Of a stretch of DNA of 64,000 bases, positions 9,979 to 18,020 are shown piece after piece. The stretch covers positions 1 through 64,000 of the IMG/VR virus record IMGVR_UViG_2974799246_000001. One strand, given 5' to 3'. Source of the stretch: a virus. Taxonomy: Duplodnaviria > Caudoviricetes. The notes below the pieces were generated by a model. The model did no database searches and had not been told where the DNA came from. It worked only from the letters and a program-made list of their open reading frames with translations. A program made the translations under genes and the position numbers. Numbering within the stretch: position 1 is the stretch's first letter; each line of letters begins with the position of its first letter.

Positions 9979-10509
9979 ATGACGGAAAAGATTGAACAGT
10001 TGGCGAAGTGGTATGACGCGGCTAAGACCGCGTTTAAGATGGGTACTCTCAATCCTAACGCCAACATGGCGTTGCTGCTGAGTATTCTGGCTCGTCTGAA
10101 TAAGTCAGTGGACGAAGCCGCTCCTGGTCCTGTGCGTGATCAGGCCGAAAAGGAACGTGCTGAGTTTCTTGACGAGCTGGCTGGTGAGGTCGATATGTAC
10201 GCTCTCATCCGCAAGCGCTTCAACAACGATCTGTACCCAGGCATTACTGTGAGTGAAGACGTGAAGGTGTATGTTGCCCTCATGTCTGATCGCCCAGGCA
10301 GTGCTGTAATGGCGATGACCTTCCTGCACCTTGCACGTTGCTATACGCTCAAGGACATGATCATTAACTTTCTCCCGAACGGCTTCCCAGCTGAGGACGC
10401 ACTTGGCCTCACTTGGAGCATACAGAAAACAGACGCCGGAAACCTGGTGGATGATATTGATTCTGTAAATAGCCTGTACAATAAGATGTATAACTCTGGA
10501 GATAAGTAA
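9979..10509 (+). CDS. Hypothetical protein
   Basis: ORF with GAGGA RBS. Confidence 0.7.
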   Translation: MTEKIEQLAKWYDAAKTAFKMGTLNPNANMALLLSILARLNKSVDEAAPGPVRDQAEKERAEFLDELAGEVDMYALIRKRFNNDLYPGITVSEDVKVYVALMSDRPGSAVMAMTFLHLARCYTLKDMIINFLPNGFPAEDALGLTWSIQKTDAGNLVDDIDSVNSLYNKMYNSGDK

Positions 10510-11102
10510 TGGATTTATCTGCATTAGGTTACGCACCGAAGCAGTTCCGAGTAATCCCCGTTGAGAAGGGCAACCTCGTGACTGACTTCATTCAAGGTAA
10601 GTTCCGCGTTATCGGCGTTGAGTGCAACGCTCGTGGTGCTTACGGAAGCCCGATTCAAAAGAGTATTGCCCGTCGTTTCCCTGAAGTCGTGAACCGCGTC
10701 AACGCCGTTGATTACGAACACGAATTAACAATCGGTAAGACGCATTTGGTTCGCGTTCGCACTCAAGCCCGCCGTGATTTGTTTGTTGCTAACATGCACA
10801 TTGCGCGCGGCTTTGGTCTGGGTCTGAATGGTTCGTCTGAGGGGCATCATAAGCCCGTTAACCGTTTCAGTGAAAAGTTCCTGACGCGAGCGTTTGAACA
10901 TCTGCTGGAGCAGTGCGATAAAGAAAACATCGCACCAGACCGACAGATTGCTATTCAGCGTTTCTATGGCGGACTCGGCGGAGTTTCTTGGGAAGAGGTT
11001 TGTGTTGTGCTCGATGCTATCTGTGAGAAGCACCAGTTCAACATGTATGCCTACTTGCCAAAGAACTACAATACTAACTACGTGCGGGGTTCCGCGCAAT
11101 AA
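10509..11102 (+). CDS. Macrodomain protein (Poa1p/DarG-like ADP-ribose processing), divergent
   Basis: KGNLV, ECNARGAYGSPIQKSIARRFP, FVANM, GGLGGVSWEEV match the macro Poa1p-like pattern. Confidence 0.72.
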   Translation: MDLSALGYAPKQFRVIPVEKGNLVTDFIQGKFRVIGVECNARGAYGSPIQKSIARRFPEVVNRVNAVDYEHELTIGKTHLVRVRTQARRDLFVANMHIARGFGLGLNGSSEGHHKPVNRFSEKFLTRAFEHLLEQCDKENIAPDRQIAIQRFYGGLGGVSWEEVCVVLDAICEKHQFNMYAYLPKNYNTNYVRGSAQ

Positions 11103-11114
11103 CTCTGGGGTGTA

Positions 11115-11450
11115 TTGATGAACACAATACGCGGATTTGATTGGCTCTTTTACGGAGATGGAACCGATAGTGGCCAACACTCAATTGTAAGTCTTGTTGT
11201 CGATCAGACAGCAAAATCAATACAGGTAGAAGTAGAGCCAGGATGCGCCGTACCTGTAATTCAAGCGATTCAGGAAAATGATGTCCTGTACGCTCAGGCC
11301 GAAGCTGGCCTCTATCGTATTCGTTACAGTTGCTCGTTCCGAACGTTGGATGCTAACGTCTTCCCGCCCACCAAGACTAACTTCCAGTTGAAGTTGATCG
11401 CGTGTGACTTCCTTGCGGGTGTTACTACTCACGATAAACTTCTGGACTAA
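11115..11450 (+). CDS. Hypothetical protein
   Basis: ORF in operon context. Confidence 0.6.
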   Translation: MMNTIRGFDWLFYGDGTDSGQHSIVSLVVDQTAKSIQVEVEPGCAVPVIQAIQENDVLYAQAEAGLYRIRYSCSFRTLDANVFPPTKTNFQLKLIACDFLAGVTTHDKLLD

Positions 11451-11455
11451 GCACT

Positions 11456-12214
11456 ATGATTACAGTAAAGAATATTGAACTGCGTTTGAAAAGAATAGAC
11501 TATACTCGGCCTTCACCGACCCGTGAACGGCTTGAGGAACTTGTGGCTGATGGACGTTCACGTATCTTGAAGTCGGCGCAGATTGATGGACTGTGTCCTG
11601 AATCTGATCGTTACTTTGAGTTCTGCCTGTCGCAAGTTGGTTCATTCTGCACTGCATCATACAACGCTGTGGAGATCGCTCTCTGCATCGGCCTGCAACC
11701 TATCCACGTTGCTGCCGCTATCAGCGTTCACGGTTTCGAATGGTCGCATAGACTCTTGGGTCTCAAGCGTTTTGCCTCCCTCGATCGTGGTGGCTTTACC
11801 GTCTGGAAATCTGCTGACTCTTGGTTCTCGTTATGCGAAGCGCAACGTCGAGCTACTGCCGTACGTGGTGATCAGGTTATCTCTACTGGTCAGTCTAAGC
11901 TGCGTCAGGCTGTACGCAACGGCGACATGGCCAAGATACTTGAGATTGCTCAATCGCATCCCCACCGCATGATGAGCATTCTCGATGTACGCAAAGAGCT
12001 TTATAGTGACCCGCGTTTGGAGAAATCTAAGCGCGAACGCGAAGCCAAGAAAAAAGAACTGGCTGCCGAAGGTAAGAAGTTAGCTGAACGCGGTTCGTAC
12101 AACGATCTTGGTACTGTATTCAACGGGCCAATTACCAAACCAGATCGCACTCGTGGTATTGATGATTCTTCTCAAACACGAAGTACGGTTAGTGGTCGTC
12201 GTTTTCGTGTCTGA
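11456..12214 (+). CDS. Hypothetical protein
   Basis: 252-aa ORF, basic C-terminus. Confidence 0.7.
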   Translation: MITVKNIELRLKRIDYTRPSPTRERLEELVADGRSRILKSAQIDGLCPESDRYFEFCLSQVGSFCTASYNAVEIALCIGLQPIHVAAAISVHGFEWSHRLLGLKRFASLDRGGFTVWKSADSWFSLCEAQRRATAVRGDQVISTGQSKLRQAVRNGDMAKILEIAQSHPHRMMSILDVRKELYSDPRLEKSKREREAKKKELAAEGKKLAERGSYNDLGTVFNGPITKPDRTRGIDDSSQTRSTVSGRRFRV

Positions 12215-12228
12215 AAAACAGATAACGG

Positions 12229-12234
12229 TAATTT
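12229..12234 (+). promoter_or_regulatory. TAATTT putative promoter core upstream of the modification cluster
   Basis: Intergenic, 33 nt before ATG 12267. Confidence 0.45.
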
Positions 12235-12266
12235 CGACAGGTCAAAACAAATAACGGAACACTATC

Positions 12267-13037
12267 ATGAGCAACGTTGATAAAACAATGCCACAAGGTC
12301 GCTGGGAATTTAATGAGCCAGTTGCTGCTGTCTTCGATAACATGTTGCAAAACTCCATTCCTTCGTATGACCGTATGCGCGACCTGACCTATCGTCTTGG
12401 TCGCCAGTTCGTAACTCCAGGTACGGCCATCGTTGATTTGGGCGCATCGCTCGGTCGCGCTATCGAACCATTCTGTGCTGAGTTCGGCGAGTACCATTAT
12501 ATTCATGCTGCTGACCGTCCCGAGCCAGATCGTGAAATCGGCAATCATTACTGCTGTTATGAAGTCGCACCGGCAATGCTTGAGCGTCTTCGTCAAAACG
12601 AAGTGCTGGTCAAGGCCAAAGCGAAAATCAGTAGTGAGTCGCTGGTTGAAGTCGATACTTTCCGCTTCGACGAGCAGGTTGAGTGCTCCCTGATTCTGAG
12701 TGTGCTGACTCTCCAGTTCACTCCTATCGAACATCGCCAACACATTCTGGAGAAAGTGTACGACTCTCTGGAGAAAGGCGGTGCTTTCATTCTGGTTGAG
12801 AAAGTGTTGGGTGACGACAACTTCCTTGACCGTTTGCTGGTAGACACCTACTACGGCATGAAGGGCGACAACGGTTATTCGCAAGAATCTATTGCGACTA
12901 AGCGCAAAGCTCTCGAAGGCGTACTGGTGCCTGTGAAAGCTGCATGGAACGAAGAACTGCTGCGTAAAGCAGGCTTCAACCGTGTGGAGTGTTTCTACCG
13001 CGACCTGAACTTTGCTGGATGGATCGCAGTCAAATAA
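12267..13037 (+). CDS. cmoA: CmoA-like carboxy-S-adenosylmethionine synthase
   Basis: WEFNEPVAAVFDNMLQNSIPSY, DLGASLG, LTLQF, GGAFILVEK, NGYSQESIATKRKALEGVL (cf. E. coli CmoA GYSELEISQKRSMLENVM, with the carboxylate-binding Arg kept), LNFAGWIAVK. Confidence 0.85.
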   Translation: MSNVDKTMPQGRWEFNEPVAAVFDNMLQNSIPSYDRMRDLTYRLGRQFVTPGTAIVDLGASLGRAIEPFCAEFGEYHYIHAADRPEPDREIGNHYCCYEVAPAMLERLRQNEVLVKAKAKISSESLVEVDTFRFDEQVECSLILSVLTLQFTPIEHRQHILEKVYDSLEKGGAFILVEKVLGDDNFLDRLLVDTYYGMKGDNGYSQESIATKRKALEGVLVPVKAAWNEELLRKAGFNRVECFYRDLNFAGWIAVK

Positions 13038-13048
13038 GGTAAAACGAA

Positions 13049-14104
13049 ATGAGCGTAAGTGGTGATATTTATAACATCCCTCAACCGTTCGCCATGTATT
13101 GTGGCAACTGTGAAACTCGTGCTCAGGCAAAAGTTGCCTCAGGCACAATTGAATGGGCGTCAGAGAAAGTCTGCTGCGTTGTCGCCGACGATAACGGCCT
13201 GTTCCCTGATGTGCCTCACATCAACATTGCAAGCGTCCATGCTACAGATGCGCGTACTCTGGTAATCGGCTGTGCACCGTTCGGCGGTAAGATTGACGAG
13301 CACATGGACCGCACTATTCGCAGTGCTATCTATCGTGGTCTGAACGTTGCTGCTGCAATGCACAATCGTCTGGCAGACAATCCTGAATACGTTGCGCTGG
13401 CTGAACAGTACAATGTCAAGCTGTACGACTTCCGTCACCGTCCTGACGCGTACCCACTCGGTACTGGTGAGAAGCGCAAAGGCATTCGTCTGCTGACTGT
13501 CGGCACAGATAGTTCCTGCGGTAAAAAGTTCACGACGCTGACGCTACACCGTGTTCTGAAAAAGATTCACGACGACACGGTGTTCTGCTCAACTGGCCAG
13601 ACTGGTTTCCTGATCAGCAATTGCGGCATCAACAACGATACGCTGGTAGCTGACTTCCTTGCTGGTGCCGCTGAGTCCTTATCGCCTGACGGCCCTGCTG
13701 ATCGTATCTATCTGATCGAAGGCCAGGGCGCAATCACTCACCCAGCGTACACTGGCGGCAGCATGAGTCTGATTGCTGGCTCGCAGCCTGACTACTTCAT
13801 CATGTGTCATGCGTGGGGACGTAAGAATCAGCTCGGTGTTAAACGCGCACCTGACCTTGCTTTCGAACTGAAGGCTAATCTGGATGCAGCAGCCATTCAC
13901 GGTCTTACTCCTAAGTATCTGGGCATCAGTATCAACTTCTCCGAGAGCGGCCTGACCATCGAAGAACAAGACGCTGAGATGTGCGCTCTGGAAGACCTGT
14001 ACGACATTCCAGTGTTCGACCCGTCGCGTGATAGTATCGTCATCAAAGAGATGGCCCATCATCTCAAGACGACTGTAATATTCAGGAGCGAGTCGAATGG
14101 CTAA
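13049..14104 (+). CDS. DUF1611-family protein (Rossmann-like + P-loop; DgcN-like)
   Basis: LLTVGTDSSCGKKFTT, STGQTG, DFLAGAAE, IEGQGAITHPAY, GSQPD..IMCH. Confidence 0.85.
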   Translation: MSVSGDIYNIPQPFAMYCGNCETRAQAKVASGTIEWASEKVCCVVADDNGLFPDVPHINIASVHATDARTLVIGCAPFGGKIDEHMDRTIRSAIYRGLNVAAAMHNRLADNPEYVALAEQYNVKLYDFRHRPDAYPLGTGEKRKGIRLLTVGTDSSCGKKFTTLTLHRVLKKIHDDTVFCSTGQTGFLISNCGINNDTLVADFLAGAAESLSPDGPADRIYLIEGQGAITHPAYTGGSMSLIAGSQPDYFIMCHAWGRKNQLGVKRAPDLAFELKANLDAAAIHGLTPKYLGISINFSESGLTIEEQDAEMCALEDLYDIPVFDPSRDSIVIKEMAHHLKTTVIFRSESNG

Positions 14105-14966
14105 ACATCCTCTTCGCAAGCTGTTTGAACAGCACGTAAAGAAAGAGGTCAAAGCCAAAGAAGTGGCCGTTCTGCTTTCGAGTGGCCTCGACGGTTTGGT
14201 TAGCGCACTCGCGGCGCATGATCTCGGCATCAAAGTTCACGCGTTCACGTTCCAGATGGGTGATGAACAGAGCTTCGATAGCAAACACGCTCGCATCGTC
14301 GCAGAGAAGATGGGATGGGAGTTCACTCTGGTTAAAGTGCCGACGTCTGACACTGCAATCGCTAAAGGGTGGAAACAACTCCATGCAAACTTCCGCTGCA
14401 TCAAAAAGCGTGATTATGAGTGTGCGTACCCTATGGTGTACTGCTACAAAGCGATCAAAGATGCTGGCCTGAAATACGTGCTTAGTGGTCTGGTGGCTGA
14501 CGGTTACTTCCTGTATAACCGTAACACGCACATCCAGAAAGTAAGCGGCCCTCACTCTATCGCTGAAAAGTATCACGCGTACCGCACCGAATACTTCCGA
14601 CCGTGGATCAAAAGCGGTAAGAAGTCGCTCGGCGTTGACGGCTATAACCCGAGCGGTATGCTGCAACACGAATTGCTGTGTGACCACTTCGGCCTTGTTC
14701 ACGTTAACCCGTGGATGCAGCCGAAAGTATTTGATTACTTCATCAAGTACACATGGCAAGAGCTAAACATGCCCAAGCAGAAAATGCCAATAACAACGGC
14801 TTGGGCAGATCACATCGCAGTTGTTGGGCATCGTCCACATCGCGGCTATCAAACAGAAGCTGGAGTGCCTGCGCACTTCGAACGCTTACTGGATAATCCT
14901 GAGATCAACTTCAACGGCCGCAAGCGCATCATGGACGTGGCCCGCGATTGGTCAACGAGGACTTAA
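14097..14966 (+). CDS. Asparagine-synthetase-like ATP-dependent amide ligase (synthetase domain only)
   Basis: PP-loop VAVLLSSGLDG, VLSGLVADGYF (cf. SGEGADELF), VNPWMQ and RPHRGYQ; no N-terminal Ntn glutaminase domain. Confidence 0.8.
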   Translation: MAKHPLRKLFEQHVKKEVKAKEVAVLLSSGLDGLVSALAAHDLGIKVHAFTFQMGDEQSFDSKHARIVAEKMGWEFTLVKVPTSDTAIAKGWKQLHANFRCIKKRDYECAYPMVYCYKAIKDAGLKYVLSGLVADGYFLYNRNTHIQKVSGPHSIAEKYHAYRTEYFRPWIKSGKKSLGVDGYNPSGMLQHELLCDHFGLVHVNPWMQPKVFDYFIKYTWQELNMPKQKMPITTAWADHIAVVGHRPHRGYQTEAGVPAHFERLLDNPEINFNGRKRIMDVARDWSTRT

Positions 14967-14967
14967 T

Positions 14968-15582
14968 ATGTTTGTACACATCATTGACGGTGGTATTGGT
15001 GGGTCTTATGTTGCTCACCAGTTAATGGAGGCTGGGTTTAAATGTCGCGTTCACTCTCCAAACAACAATCGTGTTCGGGCAGTACATGCGCCGTACCCTT
15101 CGCTTTCTATGGGTCACACTGAACAGGAAATTGAAAAGCATATCGGTAACGTGCTCGGTACGTTTCGCGGTATCTTCCTGATCAGTAGCTACGTGGGTTC
15201 GTTGATTGCAAATCAGATGATTGACCAGTGCGGCCAAAGCGGCAACATCATCACCTGTGACGATCTCAAATGTGGTTCAATACCTGTTGTTGCTTCATCC
15301 ATTTCTGTAAACGTCTATAAGAAGCAAAGACAACTGGCACGTATCTCGCATCGCCTGAAACACTTCGACATTGACCACGAGTTCATTGTCGCGGATAAGG
15401 CTGTGCGTTTTGCTGCTGGTTCGGAGTACGATGAGCACGATGCTCGAAAGGAGTTTAACAACAACGCCAAATTCCTTTCGAGTCCGTCAATGATTGTTGC
15501 TGCACACAAACTCGGTGTGAAGAACAGTATGTACCATAACTATGCGGGACTGGTGCGCGAGTTCCTTGAGAGGCGCCAGTAG
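14968..15582 (+). CDS. Hypothetical enzyme; N-terminus resembles glutamate racemase or a Rossmann dinucleotide-binding motif
   Basis: ATG 14968 with GAGGA RBS; IIDGGIGGSYVA...APY..HTEQEIEK; translationally coupled to the amide ligase. Confidence 0.5.
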   Translation: MFVHIIDGGIGGSYVAHQLMEAGFKCRVHSPNNNRVRAVHAPYPSLSMGHTEQEIEKHIGNVLGTFRGIFLISSYVGSLIANQMIDQCGQSGNIITCDDLKCGSIPVVASSISVNVYKKQRQLARISHRLKHFDIDHEFIVADKAVRFAAGSEYDEHDARKEFNNNAKFLSSPSMIVAAHKLGVKNSMYHNYAGLVREFLERRQ

Positions 15583-15600
15583 CAGTAACGCGAGGGCACG

Positions 15601-15864
15601 ATGATTAATCGCTTTCAATTGAAGAAAGTTCCGACGCTCGAAGCGTGTCAATGGAACGGGGAGAACGTTGAGGAGATGGAGAAGTTCCTCAACGGTCATG
15701 GTCATGTTGTTGGGCGTTATGTCCAGATTGGTGTGCTCGATGAATATCGCAAGCCGTCTATTGCTAACGTGTCTGTAGGCAACTACGCAGTTAAGCATGA
15801 AGACGGTCGGTTCGATGCGATGACAGCAAGCGAACTGATGGACAAATACGTTCTGGCGGATTGA
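15601..15864 (+). CDS. Conserved small phage protein (KKP..EA.QW.G.N / GDY..K..G family)
   Basis: LKKVPTLEACQWNGEN...VGNYAVKHEDGRF. Confidence 0.65.
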   Translation: MINRFQLKKVPTLEACQWNGENVEEMEKFLNGHGHVVGRYVQIGVLDEYRKPSIANVSVGNYAVKHEDGRFDAMTASELMDKYVLAD

Positions 15865-15871
15865 GGGCATA

Positions 15872-16327
15872 ATGAATCTGTTTTCTATTTTAAAGCAACA
15901 GGTAAAGAAAGCGCTGTCCACCGAAGCGAATCACGAACCAGAGATTCGTGCGTTGTTCGACTGGCGCTACTCTGTTGAGATCAAAGGCCAGATGTACATT
16001 GTTGGTAAGACTGGAGCAAACACTTGCTTCTATGTCGAGCCTGGTACTGACGAGCCGATTGCGTGTTACCCTGATGCGCTGCTGGAGAAGATTGATCAGT
16101 GGGGCGGAAGCAAGTACGTGACGTATGCCATTTACTTCAAGCGTTTCGAAAGCCCTGTCGCTGAGAATATCAAAGACCTGGAGAAAGCGCTGAAAGGCAA
16201 ACCGAAGTCGTACAAGAAAGGCTACTTCATCTGTGGCGTGACGCCGAAAGGTAAGCGTGTGAAACTCTATCGCTTGCAGCAAGGTCTGTCTGGTATGCAG
16301 TGGGTAGCTGTCGAACCTAAATCGTAA
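15872..16327 (+). CDS. Hypothetical protein
   Basis: ORF with GAGG RBS. Confidence 0.7.
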   Translation: MNLFSILKQQVKKALSTEANHEPEIRALFDWRYSVEIKGQMYIVGKTGANTCFYVEPGTDEPIACYPDALLEKIDQWGGSKYVTYAIYFKRFESPVAENIKDLEKALKGKPKSYKKGYFICGVTPKGKRVKLYRLQQGLSGMQWVAVEPKS

Positions 16328-16357
16328 CAGCACGGCCTGTCCGTGTGAGGAGCAAAT

Positions 16358-16645
16358 ATGATTGACGACATTATTATTGGTCACATCTATCAGTCATCGA
16401 ATGGTCATCCATATAAAGTGGAAGGCCGCGCCGAACACGGGCAAAACCCAGAAGACAAGTGGGTACAACTCCATAACCTGACTCAAACTCCTTTGTATGC
16501 CAAAGGCCATAAGTTCAGTATGCGAGAGTCCGTGTTCAAGGAAGTTTTCTCTGTGTATACAGAAGGAGAGTACCATGAACACAACGTTAAGGCATCATCT
16601 GAAATGCCGCCACTTCGATCCTTCATTCTACCATTGTTGGCTTAG
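16358..16645 (+). CDS. DUF1653-like small beta-barrel protein
   Basis: GHIYQSSNGHPYKV..RAEH...MRESVFKEVF. Confidence 0.5.
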   Translation: MIDDIIIGHIYQSSNGHPYKVEGRAEHGQNPEDKWVQLHNLTQTPLYAKGHKFSMRESVFKEVFSVYTEGEYHEHNVKASSEMPPLRSFILPLLA

Positions 16646-17088
16646 CGATACGCAAATGACCGTGCCGCTGTTTGGCTTTGATCGAGCAATGCGTGGTCTA
16701 CAGGTCTACACACCAGATGCACCAAAGCACGATAAGAATCCGAAAGCGTGTCGCTACTTCACGCGAGCGTTCGGTGGCAAGCAGTTGGTGTGGGGATCGG
16801 AAATTAAACCTGAACGGGTCGACCGTCTTCTTAACTGAGTCTGTCTTCAAGGCATGTGCGCTACATCGTCTTGGACTCAATGCTTGGTCCGTTCTCGGGT
16901 CTAATGTGAGTGAGCATCTGTATCACCAGCTTCGACTTCTTGGTCTACGTTTCGTCTGTCTTGGTGATAACGATAAAGCAGGACTGGAGTTTAGTCAGAC
17001 GTTCGGACTAGGCGCTGTCAGTGCGGACCTCGATGAGATGACCGATGAGCAGTTGCTTGATTTAACTTTACCCTTCGTAAGGAAATAG
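16575..17088 (+). pseudogene. Toprim/primase-like protein interrupted by a +1 frameshift near 16803
   Basis: Frame A (ATG 16575, AAGGAG RBS) MNTTLRHHL..VPLFGFD..GLQVY..RYFT..VWGSEI; frame B continues NLNGSTVFLTESVFKA..SVLG..GDNDKAG (Toprim E and DxD). Confidence 0.72.
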
Positions 17089-17090
17089 AA

Positions 17091-17519
17091 ATGTCACGCG
17101 AAGTTATCGTCCGTATCTTAGGCCCTGTTGGTGTTGGCAAGTCTGCTGTGTACGCAACTCTGGTCAAAGCGCTGACTCAAATCGGTGTTGACGTCAAACA
17201 TGCCGATGAGAAAGCGTGGAAGTCTCTGGAGAACGCAGGCGAAGTTGAGCTGTCTACCGAAACGCTGAACGAACTCACACCTGTTGTGACGTTTGAAGAA
17301 GCTGGTATTCGCACTGATGCGTCCGCAAGCCAGAACTCTATCATACAGTTCTTTGCTTATGCGCATCTTCCGCCGCACCTGCAAGCTGTGAGCAAACCGT
17401 TCGCTCTGTTGGCCCAAGAGATGGACCAGAACCTTCCACAAGGTCCTGAGAAGTCTGCTGGTCTGCGCAAGCTGCTTGAAGCGAAAGACTGCATGGTTCG
17501 CCAGCTCGTTTCCAAATGA
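17091..17519 (+). CDS. P-loop-like N-terminal module fused to a helical-hairpin domain (Acb2/Tad1-hairpin-like)
   Basis: GPVGVGKS; C-terminal FFAYAHLPPHLQAVSKPF...PEKSAGLRKLLEAKDCMVR. Confidence 0.5.
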   Translation: MSREVIVRILGPVGVGKSAVYATLVKALTQIGVDVKHADEKAWKSLENAGEVELSTETLNELTPVVTFEEAGIRTDASASQNSIIQFFAYAHLPPHLQAVSKPFALLAQEMDQNLPQGPEKSAGLRKLLEAKDCMVRQLVSK

Positions 17520-17839
17520 GTCTCGATCTCTTAGTGCCGCCTATCGGTCTGGAGCGCATTGAGTATCGTAACTACAACTACGACAATGTTAGCCTCAACA
17601 TTTTGAACATCATTAGCGTGGTGCCGAGCGCATTCAAGTCATATCCTGATAATGAAGGCACTCCGTCTATTGCATTCGAAATGCGCGGGCGAGAGAAGCC
17701 TGTCCACTGGATTATCCCTAAAGGGAAGTACGGTGCGAACGCTACGGCGTTGCGGGACAGACTGCTCCATCGTTTGCAGACAGGTGGCTATTCACATTTG
17801 GTGACTGCTGACGAACTGATCGCTGACTTACAGAAATAA
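17516..17839 (+). CDS. Hypothetical protein
   Basis: ATGA overlap with the upstream gene. Confidence 0.65.
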   Translation: MSLDLLVPPIGLERIEYRNYNYDNVSLNILNIISVVPSAFKSYPDNEGTPSIAFEMRGREKPVHWIIPKGKYGANATALRDRLLHRLQTGGYSHLVTADELIADLQK

Positions 17840-17842
17840 CCC

Positions 17843-17870
17843 AAGGGTGGCCATTAGGCTGCCCTTTTCT
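17843..17870 (+). terminator. Intrinsic terminator
   Basis: AAGGGTGGCC-ATTA-GGCTGCCCTT followed by TTCT. Confidence 0.75.
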
Positions 17871-17993
17871 GATCTTAGACAACTAAAACAAGCCCATAAG
17901 GACTGAATAGAACCGTGCGTAAAGCGTATAAAACCATGTGTAGGCAGCGTAGAAACACCACCTTTTTCTTGAGCAGTGGGAAGCGCTTAAAAA

Positions 17994-18007
17994 CTGTAAA
18001 TACTGAT
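17994..18007 (+). promoter_or_regulatory. CTGTAAATACTGAT putative phage promoter element
   Basis: Identical 14-mer at 42866; CTGTAAA core recurs about 13 times on the + strand, often near gene ends. Confidence 0.55.
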
Positions 18008-18020
18008 AAAGGAGAGAAAA

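Noticed and set aside
12267-13037. CmoA-like gene as a plain tRNA methyltransferase
   Set aside because: CmoA is a Cx-SAM synthase. No cmoB or tRNA gene is in the window, and a GR-type DNA transferase is present as a likely consumer. A tRNA role is not strictly excluded.
12189-14759. Long minus-strand ORFs (319, 184 and 225 aa) over the modification cluster
   Set aside because: Antisense to genes with clear family motifs; no coding signals of their own.
15601-15864. Naming this small protein as a specific anti-defence sponge
   Set aside because: It is recognisably a widespread phage family, but I cannot assign it to a characterised anti-defence protein without a search.
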